From: the human T2T-CHM13v2.0 reference genome, Homo sapiens
DNA length: 64,000 nucleotides
Direction: 5' to 3' (one strand)
Assembly (NCBI RefSeq): GCF_009914755.1
Contig: NC_060940.1
A program made the position numbers and the translations under genes. Shown in pieces: positions 48,200 to 59,769 of the stretch. The notes below the pieces were generated by a model. It had not been told where the DNA came from. It saw only the letters and a list, made by a program, of their open reading frames with translations, and did not search any database. How positions within the stretch are numbered: position 1 is the stretch's first letter; the number at the start of each line of letters is the position of its first letter.

Positions 48200-49110
48200 T
48201 TATAGAGGGCGCAGCGCCCACCCAGGGCCACAGAGCGGGTGGGAGAATCCCTGAACCCTAGCTGTCCTCCGGCCCAGGGAGGGCTGACGCTGGGCTGGGG
48301 GGTGGGGGCTGCGCTGCCTCCTCTCCTCTGCGCTCACCTGGGCGGCGGACAGGGTCGAGTGCCCTAAAGTCCCCCTGGCACGCCCGGGTGCGCGTCCCTC
48401 CTCGACGCCCTGCGCCCACCCAGGCCCGGGGGCACGAGGCGGCCTCCAGCTTCCCCGCGGGTCCGGGGCGGGCACAGCGGGTCGGGGGCGGCCTGGCTGG
48501 GCTGGCAGAGCACGTCTCGGCGGCAAAAGAGGCGCCGGGCATGCTCTCGGATGAACTTGGCAGATTTAGACACTCAGCCCTAATTGCGGCGAGCTCGGGC
48601 CGCTGCACCCGCGCGGGGCAGATGTGCCTCGGCGCTGCCCGGCCCAATTGCTCCCATTTATCCCGGCCTCGCCCGCCCAGTTGGGAGCGCGCGGCCGGCT
48701 CGGGCCGCCAGGAAAAGCCTCTGCCATCAATCAGAGGCGGCGGGGCGGCCGCGATCGATGGCGGCCCCCGCACTGAGGCCCCCGCCTCCCGATCAATCGG
48801 CCGCCTGCCGTGTTCCACCGCGGCCTGCGGACGCCGCGCTGGGAGAGACGGGTCGATGCGTCTCGGGGCGCCGGGGCACGCGGGGACGGCGGCCTTCGCG
48901 GGGCTCTGCCCTCACCCTGGCATCGTCCTGCCGGGCCCGGGTGATGCTGGCCCGTCCAGCAGAGGCTCCCAAGGCAGCCTCAGCCGGGCTCTGGGGGACT
49001 CCCTGGGACGGCGGGGTGCGGCCCAGAGGACAGCTCTACGCCGAGGTGATGGAGGTGATGGTAGTGCTGGGGCCGGGAAGAGCTCCGACCTCAAGGAGAA
49101 CTGCCCTCGA
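48200..49110. promoter_or_regulatory. Orphan CpG island (~0.9 kb), enhancer/promoter-like
   Basis: Very GC-rich, dense CpG, GC boxes (ggggcggg), not TE-derived; no recognisable coding exon. Confidence 0.9.
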
Positions 49111-49400
49111 GGTTTCTCTTCTCTTCTCATCCGCATCTGACCTCATCGCTTCTGCCCACTGCGCCCTCCCTCTCCTTTCCTTCCCCTCTCAGTTCCCCTC
49201 TTGGCCCTCTTCCTGTCTTCACAATCTCCTCTCTTTCTCCCCGCCTTCACTCCGCCTTTACTCTCCTCTTCCTTTTCTCTCCCCGTCTCTCCATTCCCTC
49301 TTCCCGGCCTGCCCGCCCCTTCCTGCCTTCCTTCTCCTTTCTGTTTACTTGAACTCCCTTCCACAACTCTTAGAGCACCACCCTCCCGCCCTTCGCTCCC
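49110..49400. repeat. Polypyrimidine (C/T-rich) low-complexity tract
   Basis: Read directly from the sequence. Confidence 0.75.
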
Positions 49401-51844
49401 CAGGTTCGGGCTTGCAGGCTCTCCTCCTGCAGATATAGTCTGAGTTTTACCCAGCCCCATCCTTCTTGCCCCGCCTCCCTGCCGCCTTGTTCTAATGCTG
49501 CCATATTGTATCCTAATACTGTGGCCAGCCTCCCAGGCAGAGGTGCTGGTCCCAGACACCGAGTAATTGCTTACTAGAGGGTGGGAAGACTCTCTCAACC
49601 CTTCAAATAGCATCAGGATAATGTCAGCAGAATTAACTCAAGCTAATTACCCCTTGGTTCACTATCAATGTTTTCATTTGAGCTCGTATTGAATGAGTCT
49701 TTGTTAGAGAAAATCAGCAACATTGTGTCTGCAAGGCAGCCAGAAAAATTCAAAGAACTCAAAGATGAGGAGAGGGCTTTTTTGTTTACATCACAAAAAC
49801 CTTTGATAAATCACCCTCATGGCTGTCTACTCTGCTCCCTTCCAACCCCAATTCTCTTTCTTCATAAGCTCATTAAAAGCATGGCTTCTTCAAAAATTTA
49901 AGACGGGTGCAAGAACAGCTACTCACACAGGGCCCACTGGAGAAGCCAAACCCAGCTCTAGGCATTATCCCCTTCCAAAGTGCTGTGTCTGCTCTCATCA
50001 GAGAAAGGACGCCTGCTACAATGGAGGTTTTCTACTAGCTATTAATTCAGGATGCTCAAATCCCCATTTCCTAATATGTCCCCGTTTAAAGCCTTAAAAC
50101 ACTTCACTAAAGCTGCCTCTCTTACTCTTGGATTCTGAGTACCTTCAGGCTGTTTCTGTCTTAGACCAATCTGTTCCATTTTCTGCAACCCTTCAGCTTT
50201 CGGATAGCAAGGAAGGATGCTCCGGAGTAACCTGCAGGGCCTCAACTGTGTTCAGCCCAAATGTGCCTGGCTGCTTCCTCATCCTGCCCTGGGGTATTTC
50301 TGTGTTGAAAAAAATTAGTGAAAAACCAGAACCACAACATTAGCTGTTAAAACCACAGTTGAAAAATAAGAACCACAAAGGTTCACCACTTTCTTCCTCA
50401 CCATCCAGTTCATCCCCTATTTTTAGTGCCTTTTGGACTTCAGGGATTTTACTATGTGTGTGTGTGTTACTAGGAGCAAGAGGGGCATTTGGCCTTTGCC
50501 TCACGTTTACAAACAGGCCTCAAAATTAGACTTTTGATGTAGTCTCCTAATAAGATTAGAATACACACACTAGCCCTGCTGTAAATTCCCAAGACAACTT
50601 GGTGTGACTACAGAAAGGCCCTCCTTCTGCAAGACACTTTGCTGCCAATGGCCGGAAAATTGTCATGAAAACCAGACAAATCTGCAATGGCTAGCAGAAG
50701 AAGGATGGCCCTGGAGGCCTCGCTCACAGTCAGAGAGACCTCACTGACAGAACTGAGAAATGATGGCCCTCCCTCAGGTGTAAACGTACATGTCATTAAT
50801 GGAGCACACAGCTTACAGTGCTCTGTGAATTCATGTTTCAGATCAGCTCTGCATTTACTTTGCGATTAGCATTGTTATGTTGTATTGGGTTCTTTATGTG
50901 AAAATGTTTGTTGAAAGTATACTTTAAGAATATCTCAATTTTTGTAGCCATCTTTTGACACATTTATTTTAATACATCTGAACTCTCAAAAAGTGAATTT
51001 AACTTGATCTTTTCTTGCTTTTCAGGGTTCCTGGGAGCCATTCCTTATTTTGGGGAAGCCCAGCTTCTACCCTTCTCCAGAATTTTCTTGGAGAACCATT
51101 TCTTCCCAGCTCTCAGTCCATGAAGTTGTGGCCTACTACAACTTCAAAGTGGCCTGGACCTTGTTGACCAATCAGACCATCAGATTCCCCTGTGGATAGG
51201 CATATGACCAAATTTTCCCAGTGAGACTGAATTTCAGAACTTTGTTTTAGGTTGCTATGGAAGAAAAGAGCTTTTCTGCTGCAATTGCTAAGGACTGGGT
51301 TCCTGGCAGCATTTTAACCATGAAGTGAAAGTCAGCCTGAGAGTGCATCCAACACAGAGCAGCAGGAGCTGGAGTGGGAGAGGGACCTGTCACCCACATT
51401 CCACTGTGGGTTTTAGCCTGGGCCTTAAGCCAGGGGGAATTGTCCTCCTGTCCCAAATGACAGTGCTGGAAGGGGTTTTAAAGGTCTAAGTCCAGTAGTC
51501 TCATTTTACAGATGAGAAAATCAAGGCTTAGAGAGCAGGAAGCTAGAAAGTGTTAGAGCCAGCCTGAGAATCCAGAACTCCCTGTTCTCGTGGTATAGGA
51601 AGCCCAGCCTGATGTCCGTGATAAAGCAAAAGGGGCTCAGAAAGAGCAGACTGTGGTAAAACAACTGAAATTCAGACTTTTAATGAAATTAAGCTCACCA
51701 AACAGTTTTTGGAGCAGTTTCTAAGTTCATACGGATATATAATAGGTTTTTATTGAAGGCTAAATATGTTGTGCTAGGCACTGTGCTAGGGAATTGTGGG
51801 TACAGTGGCATGCAAAAAACAGACTCGGGTATGGGAGCTCATGG

Positions 51845-51962
51845 GCTGCTAAAAAAAGGCTGTGCAGGTTGTGCACTGCCTCACTCTAGGGGGATCAATA
51901 GATCCTGAAGTGAAAGGTACACTCTAGCATTGTGCAGTGCACACAAACATGGCGGTTCTGGG
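51845..51962. mobile_element. MER91-like hAT MITE
   Basis: Palindromic tgtgcaggttgtgcactgc...ctctagggg ... ctctagcattgtgcagtgcaca. Confidence 0.6.
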
Positions 51963-53257
51963 GGCTCAATACATTGCTATTCCTGAACCTGGAACATGGC
52001 CCTGAGTATGCGAATGCAGAAGAAAATGAGACAGTGCTCGTGCGCTGCAGAAGTTTGCTCTATCACATGGGCATCTTCTTATATAGTCCACTTGCGGGGA
52101 CAGCCCTTTCTGAGGCCTAATTCCTTGATTAAAAACAATGAGAAGGGTCCAGGGGCGCATGAGGAGAAGCTCGCTCATGTCCTGCTTAATGCCAAGCTTT
52201 CTTAATAATTTTCAGTGATTGGGAAGAGGGGAATGGTGACTGGCGAAACCAGAGGGGAACTGATGGGAGAGAAATGCTGCGGCCAATTAGCTGAAATGTT
52301 ACAGTCAGTGCATCCCCAGCTTGATGGGCTCATTAAGCCACAGAGCTTCCTGACAGGTTTTGGTTCTAGTTAAGAGCAAGATGTGGACCCTCTGCCTTGC
52401 ATATGTGGCTCATCAAGTGCTCCTGAGTGTGCGGGTCTGCCTGTTTCTCTTAGCTCCCCTGGTGTCTTTCCCATTTATCCCCTTTGTGGGTCTGTGGCTT
52501 GTGTGATTCCACCCTGAAGTCTTCCCCAAATGCCAAATGATTTCCCTGCATGCACAGATTATATTTTCCCTTTGAAAGTTTAATCTGAATCCTCAATGTT
52601 CAGTTGCCAAAGGCTGTGAACTAATTTCTCTTGTCATTGCCACTTGGTGGAAATGTCATCATTAGTGAGGCAGGAAACGCTAAAGAAGGGAGAGGAGGGG
52701 AGAAGAGGATGGGCAGGAGGGTCTCCAACCCTCCCAGCGATGCCTAAATGCCACAGCATTAGAGAGATCCCGTGCCTGGTGAGGGGAGTTGCCCATGCGA
52801 CGAACCCAGGGGTAGGCTGCACCAAGGGGGCACACTCTGGGGGCCTGACGGCTTGGCTGTGCTCCCTGGGTGGAGTGGAGCTCATTTGGTCAGCGTGCCC
52901 CGGGGACAGGCAGCCAGAGTCCTGTGTGACCTCTGTAATGAGAAACATTCCTGAACAGTGGTTCTGACTTTTGCAAAATCACAGTTCACTCTGTGACCTG
53001 GTGTGCCTTATATAAAGGTCCTTGCAAGAATGACTCCTTGTAACTGAGCTGGGGAGACTTTGCAGACAAATTGCCTGCCGCTTGTTACTGGTCAGTTAAC
53101 TCAGCCAGTTGCCAGGATCTACTAAAGCTAAGTTCCACTCTCAAACCTGCTACCTGTTCTGTGATGCCTGCTTATGTCTATTTATTTTATTCCCTTTAAA
53201 TTGTTTCTGCATTTCTACCTTACATTTTATGTGATTTTTTTGGTTTAAAAATGTATT

Positions 53258-53747
53258 CTTGCCGCTGTGGATAGTGCTGCAACAAACATGCATGTGCATG
53301 TGTCTTTATGATAGAACAATCAACATAAATGCTCATCAATGGTAAACTGGATAAAGAAAATGTGGTACATATACACCATGGAATACTGTACAGCCATAAA
53401 AAAGAAAGATATCATGTCCTTTGCAGGGACAAGATGGAGCTGGAGGCTACTATCCTTAGCAAACTAATGTAGAAACGGAAAACCAAATACTGCATGTTCT
53501 CAGTTATAAGCAGGAGCTAAATGATAAGAACACATGTTCCCCATAAAGGGGAACAACACACATTGGAGCCTATTGGGGAGTGGAGGGTGGGATGAGGGAG
53601 AAGATCAGGAAAAATAACTAATGGGTACTAGGCTTAATACCTGGGTGATGAAATAATTTGTACAATAAACCCTCATGACATAAGTTTACCTATAGAACAA
53701 ACCTGCACATGTACCCCTGAACCTAAAATAAAAGTAAATAAAACAGA
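53258..53747 (+). mobile_element. L1PA13-like 3' end with short 5' inversion
   Basis: About 60 bp of inverted L1 (53258-53320), then forward ORF2 end and 3'UTR; TSD aaaaatgtatt at 53247-53257 and 53748-53758, after ttt. Confidence 0.85.
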
Positions 53748-55584
53748 AAAAATGTATTTTTAAAGATTATGAGATAATTTAATTTAAAAACACTGGAAAC
53801 ATAACAGATACCAATTTACTCTACCTACATCTATCCCTGAAACACACACAGATCAGGTTTGTGTGAAATTTCATAGATTACCTCATATTCACTTTGGGAG
53901 TGAACAAGTTACAAACCAAAAAAGAACAAATACTGACTCAGTGCCTACAGAATGTGCCAAGAAATGTGCTAGACACTTTCATAATTATTCTTCCCATTTA
54001 ATGCTCATAAACAGCCCTATGGGACAGGCACCAGGGTCCCCATTTTTCAGATGCCAGTCAGCAGTGGTCAAAGATTTGCCTCAGGGTTTGTAGTTTAGTA
54101 AATGGCTAAACAGGGATTTAACCTAAGACTGACTTTTGGTGTATTCTATGTTTTCTTTTTTTCCCTCCAAATTTCCTGTTAGTGAATTATAATCAGAGTT
54201 TGATTAACCATAGTGTTTACTGCCTGAGATGTGGGTAACTCTTTCCCACTCTGGGCCTCAGTCTTCTTATCTGTGCAATGGGTATAATGTTCTGGGCTCT
54301 GACTCCCTTGTCAGTTATTGTTAGGACAAAACTGGGCAGCACCTAAGGAAGTGGTAACAAAGCAGTGTTAAGCAGTCTGAGGAAAATTAAGGAGTCATTT
54401 AGAGTGTTCCCAACATCCTCCTAATAGCCCAGGGCCTGGTAGTCATTGTAGTCAGGACCTGAGCAAGAGCCTAAGCAGGGGTCTGGAAATCCAAGTCAAG
54501 AGCTGAGGAAGGGGTTGTGGGTGGGTTGAAGCTTCCTGCTCTAGAGCCTGGATCCTCTCATCCACAGCATCAGAATTGGTGATTTTGCTTTCAAAACTCA
54601 ATTCTTTGCTTCCCATAGGAACAGAAATTATATTTCTGCAGCAAAATCTGCCTTCAGAGCTTTCAAAGCAGATGGGCTGCATCCCACCTTAGGCCTGTAA
54701 TGGAGGTGGGGGTGAGACCCGTGGTGGCTGGTTGGCAAGCACTGCTCAGACGCTCCCCAAGACCTGGACCTTGTCATGGGCCAGGAGGGAAGGTGGGCTC
54801 CTGGAGGATGGGTTCAACCCTCCGTGCCTGGCCTGCTGCCTTCGGGTCAGGGCGGCAATCAACTCTAGTTGAACAAGTAGAGTGGAAGTCAGGGTTCTAG
54901 GGACTGGTGGGGCCAATGCTGACCTGGCAAGATGCCAGAAATGTATTTTTATAAATTACCGTGGCCTTTGCTTCTATCTGCTGCGCTCAGCATCTTCTAA
55001 GGTGTTCAGGGCTCCCAATAAGCCAGGACTTTTCACTTGGCAGGAAAGTCCCTTCCACTCCCAGCCAGCCTGCAGAGCCTGGGGATCCATCTCCCCATGT
55101 TGAATGCAGTGCCCAAGGTCACCACACTGGCACTGGTCCTTAAACCCAGGCATACATGATGCCTTCCCTCAGCTCTTTGCTTCTTTGCCTCCAGAGCATT
55201 CACCCCAAATACTCACCCTCCAAAAATGGAGCAAAAGCAAAAACTGAAATGGCCATGCATTTGAAATTCCCCAAGATGTCAGCGTTCTTTCACCTTGGCA
55301 CAGACCTGCCTCAAATTCCCATAACTCTCAGCTCAAGCCTAAGTGAAGTCCCTGGACCCTTGTGCTCACCCAGATGATGTGCCCGGAGCACCCTCTGTGG
55401 GGTGAGTTGTTGCCTTATTGCTAAGAGACAGAATTGCGGCCTTCAAGGAGCCCAGTTTCATGGATTCCAAGGGAGTCAGGAGTAAGGGGCATAGTCTTTG
55501 GCGCTAACTCTGTGAAGGAGGAAAGGTCGAGAGGCAGGAAAGTAGGATGACATCCTCTTTCTTTTTCTTTTGTGTCAACTTTAT

Positions 55585-55770
55585 AAAGAACTTTCCCCCT
55601 CATTACCTCATTCAACTCTCTCAATAGCCTTGTGAGTAATCAGGGAGGATGTGTCCCCATTTTAGCAAACTGCAGCTCAGACAGTCCAAGTGACCTTTCC
55701 AAGGTGACAGATCCGCTGAGAATCGAAGCCAAGGCCCAAATGTATTTGTCTGGCTCCAAGTTCAACCAGT
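55585..55770 (-). mobile_element. MIR (others at ~51490-51590, 53930-54140, 54220-54340)
   Basis: ccccattttagcaaactgcagctcagacagtccaagtgacctttccaaggtgacag. Confidence 0.6.
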
Positions 55771-57657
55771 GCCTGCTTCCAAGAATCAGTACTTCCTCTG
55801 GATGTTTGGGAGCTGTTTGGAGGGCAAGGACAAGCGTAGTCTGGGAAGGCTTCTTGAAGGAGGTGGGCTTAGGCTGGATCCCCGACAAAGGAGAGAATCT
55901 GGCCAAGCAGAGGGTAGATGACCCTCTCAAGGTTGCTCCCTGCCCATGATCTCCCTGATTTTGCAGGATCCAGATGCCATTCTCACCCCACTCTTCACCT
56001 CTCTCACCAGGGACCAGAGGCTTGAAATTAAAAAGTTGTCATTTGCTGGAACAAGGCAGCTTCGGGCCCTGAGGCTGGGCCTATGAGGCCCACACTTGAA
56101 GGTGCCTGTTCACAGCCTGCCTGGGCTGCGGGAATGGAGGAGTCATTACCATCTGTCTGCTGAGCCAGATCAGTAGGGGGGAGGACACCGTGCTTGGCTG
56201 CGGTCCTGCCACCCAGGATGGGGCTGGAAGTTGTACCTAGGGCTGTCTTGAACCCTGATTCCACTTTCTGATAGTTTCCTCCAGCTGCTCCCTGACCCAC
56301 ATTCCAGCCTGGGCCTGCGCCTGGGGGGAGTCAGCGAGTCTGTAGAAAGGAAGGGGAGGAAGGCATGGATGAAATAAAAATAAAAATAGACATTTTTAGT
56401 TATATAAGAAATTTCCTTAGATTTTTGCCTCGTTGTTCATGTGATGATGATTTCTTGAGTGTCTACCCTGGGCCAGGGACAGTATCTATGCTAAGGGTGC
56501 AGAGATGAGTCAGACGCCATCTTTTCCTTTGTAGGAAACTGGGTCTGATGTGTGACTGTGTGATGGGGATTTGATTTAACTTGTTCCTTGTTTGCTGCTC
56601 ATGTCCCACAACTAAAGAAGGGCCTGGTTTTAGATCTAGGAAGCCAAATAGGAACTGTGGGCAGAGCAAGAGGCACCAACTCAAATGCTTGCAAGGTCCA
56701 GGCAGGAAATACCAGTGAGTGAGGCCAGGTGGGGAGTGCAGAAAGCTGGGGACTGCAAGTCCCACCCAAGAGGAGGCGTCCACCCCTCAGTTTGAGTCTC
56801 CTGATTCTGTGGAAGAAAGGGACCCAGTATTGCACATCTACTGATTTTTCAACAGAAGCTGGAAATCTGGATTTTAAAACATGCAAATCTCTTAATCGGT
56901 TGGCAACTAGTTCAAATAAATATTTTAAAAACCTGGTTTTGGGACACGTGCACACGTACATGAATATGCATATCGGATTTGGCAGTTGGGCCATGAGTCT
57001 TGGCTTGGCCATCTCTGTGGAAGAGTCTGGAGGATGAAGGAAAGAGAGAGGAAATGTGATCATAGGTGCTAAGTTGATTTATAAAATAAAAAGCTGAGAA
57101 TGAGAAAGTTGGACAGAGAGAAAGAAAAACATTTTATATTGGGACTGGAGAGGAAGATGTGGGATTTTGTTTGAGAGACATTCCTGGATAGTAGTCAGGT
57201 ATGAGAAGTATTGGAAATGGAGGAAGGGAATATTGTAGATTGGTTTTGAGTTATGAATTCAGTCACTTTTACTATACTCAAGTAGAAGAAATAAAGATTG
57301 ACATTTCTTTAAGCAATCTCTGCTTGACCCCTGTCTGAAGGTTTAAAAAATGTAAATTCTTACAAACCTGGATTAAACGGAACCACAGCTTTTATATAGG
57401 CTATAAGTATCATGCATTAGATTCAATTTCTTGACTTATTAGGAGTAATTTCTATGAATTCATTGTAATATGCTTGGTGAAGTAAAGAGAAGAAAAAAGA
57501 CTAATATAGTTAGTGAGAGTGATTCTGTCAACAATTTCATCCAGCAGTCTAAAAGGCAGCATGAAATGAGAGGTATGAATCTGTGTCCTTTCAGTCAGCC
57601 TCAGCTCTTACACACCTCTCACAGTGTGGGGTTTCTACATCAAATGTAAAGTAAAGA

Positions 57658-57685
57658 TGTGTGTGTGTATGTGTGTGTGTATGTG
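57658..57685. repeat. (GT)n-like microsatellite
   Basis: Read directly from the sequence. Confidence 0.8.
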
Positions 57686-58035
57686 CATACATGTATTTTT
57701 TGTACAACAAAGATCCTAAACATAAGCCAACCATTTCATCTAATTCTTAAAGAAACAGTTATCTGTTCCAAAACAGGAGGAAAGCAGGATCTTTGAACTT
57801 ATTGAGAAATATTCTATGACTTTTCACCCTTCTGAGGAATTTTTAAGGTTGATTTTGACCCTGCATGATATGCGTGATATGTAATGTGATGGTTTTTAAA
57901 TCATCAAGTACTTGGACTGGAGAAAGTGGTACTTATTGTTTAAGAGTTGGGGAAAGCTTTATACAGGAGGTAAAATTTCTGTAGGACCTGAGTAAAAGTT
58001 TGTGAAACTTGGAGGCCTGGAAGTAATAATGCAGG

Positions 58036-58458
58036 TGTTAAATTAAATTTGGTCTAAAGCTGTCTCCAGAATACCTTGAGTCCTTATGTAGCAAACTGCC
58101 ACCTCACCTGAGTATATTCTTGTAACAAATAGTTGAGTCTCAGCCAATCACAGCATCCAAGATTTAGGCAATCACAGGCTGTCGACAGATCAGAGACAAT
58201 GTCCACATAAGGCAAAGGCCTCATCACACCACCCCCAAATAAGGCACATGCCAAACCTTAACCAGTCAAGCTTTTTCTGTACTTCACTTCCTTTTCTGTA
58301 CTTCACTTCCTTTTTCTGTCTGTGAATACCGCCTGTCCACCTTGCTGGGTGGATCTCTCTGAACCTGTCTTGCTTCTGAGTGCTGCCTGATTCAAGAATT
58401 GTTCTTTGCTCAGATAAACTGTGCTAAATTTAATTTGTCTAAAGTTTTTCTTTCAACA
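58036..58458 (+). mobile_element. MER57-family (ERV1) solo LTR
   Basis: tgttaaattaaatttggtctaaagctg...agccaatcac...aaagtttttctttcaaca; internal 19-bp duplication ttttctgtacttcacttcc. Confidence 0.75.
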
Positions 58459-58849
58459 AGAGAGAGACATCCAGGGAGAGAGAACAATGTGAGCAAAAGC
58501 ATGAGATGCAAACTTTTAGACTTATTTGGGAAATGGTGTGTCATTTGGTGATGATAATTATGGTACACAACATGACAAGCAATTTGGACTTTTGTCCCAC
58601 AAATCTTGTTCTGAAGCAATGGGAGTCAGATGGTTTTCCAAGCTGGCCTTCAGAGTCCAGCTCAAGCAAGTGGGGATGTGAACAGGATGACTTTGAGGGT
58701 TGTATTCAAGATTCTAAGCTTGCTTTCCAAGTCCTTTCTCTTCCAGGGAGTCTTCTCAATGGTTAATTCCAAGAGGTAGTTTTCCTGTCTATATGCTGCT
58801 GGTATTTCCAGTGTGACCCACTCACGTAGAACCTATCATACACTTTTTC

Positions 58850-59680
58850 CATTTATTTACTCATTTATTCATTCAGCAAATATTTATTCTGTACTTTCTC
58901 CATGATGCACAATGTTAGGTTTTGTGGATAAAGAAGATGAACAAGATGGACATAACCCCTACTCTCATGAATCTTATGGTAGAGGAGGGGAGGCAACATT
59001 ACACAAATACTGATTTAGGGACAAATGTGATCAGAGCCTGGAATGAGGCTTATAGGCATTATGAGAGCCTGTATATGAGAGTGACTTATGGGTATTATGA
59101 GAGCATGACCTGATGGTTTCTGGGTGGTGGAGGAACAAAGAAGACTTTCCTATGATGTGTTTTTTTTTTTTTTGTCTCAGCTGAGAATAAAAGATAAGAG
59201 TTAGGAGTAGGAGTAGCAAGAGTGCTCCGAGTAGAGAGAATAGTATGGACCAAGACTTGGGATTGGAAGAGCTTATATGAGGAACTGAAGAAAGGGTAGC
59301 ATAGCTGAGATGTGGTGAGAGATGAGGGGAGAGGTGAAGGTTAGACTGCAGAAGCAGGCTGAGGGTAGACTGTAGAGATCTGGTAGATCATTGGAAAGAT
59401 TGTGGGATTTATCTCTGGGGCTATGGGGAGTCACAGATAAATGTTCACATGATACTGTTTGCATTTTACAAAGGCTAGTTGGAGTGAGGAAACTGGATAG
59501 GAGGGGCAAGACAACAGTGGGTGTTTAGGAGGCCATTACAGGGGGCCAGGCTGAAGTGAGTGTAATTTGAATTAGGTGTGGCAATGGAGATAGACAGAAG
59601 TAGATACATTTCAGAAATATGTATTTGATTAGCTATAGCAGATGAGGGAGAGGGGGATCTTAAAGGACTTCTGGCTTGTG
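58850..59680 (-). mobile_element. L2
   Basis: catttattcattcagcaaatatttatt (reverse 3' end); ggcaatggagatagacagaagtagatacattt. Confidence 0.7.
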
Positions 59681-59769
59681 TGTATATACTGCACTCTACC
59701 AGTTGTTCACCAACCTCTGTGGCTCCCTTGTCTATAGAATAATTGATTTGATGTATTATAAATACTTAA

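Noticed and set aside
48200-49110. Assigning a locus (the layout is vaguely reminiscent of an intergenic CpG island near DMRTA2/ELAVL4 on human 1p)
   Set aside because: Only an unverified recollection; no gene sequence in the window confirms it. BLAT would settle it.
48200-49613. Long ORFs of 108-284 aa on both strands over the CpG island
   Set aside because: Overlapping, low-complexity Ala/Arg/Gly/Pro or Ser/Leu/Pro frames are expected from stop-codon scarcity in GC-rich or pyrimidine-rich DNA; no recognisable domain.
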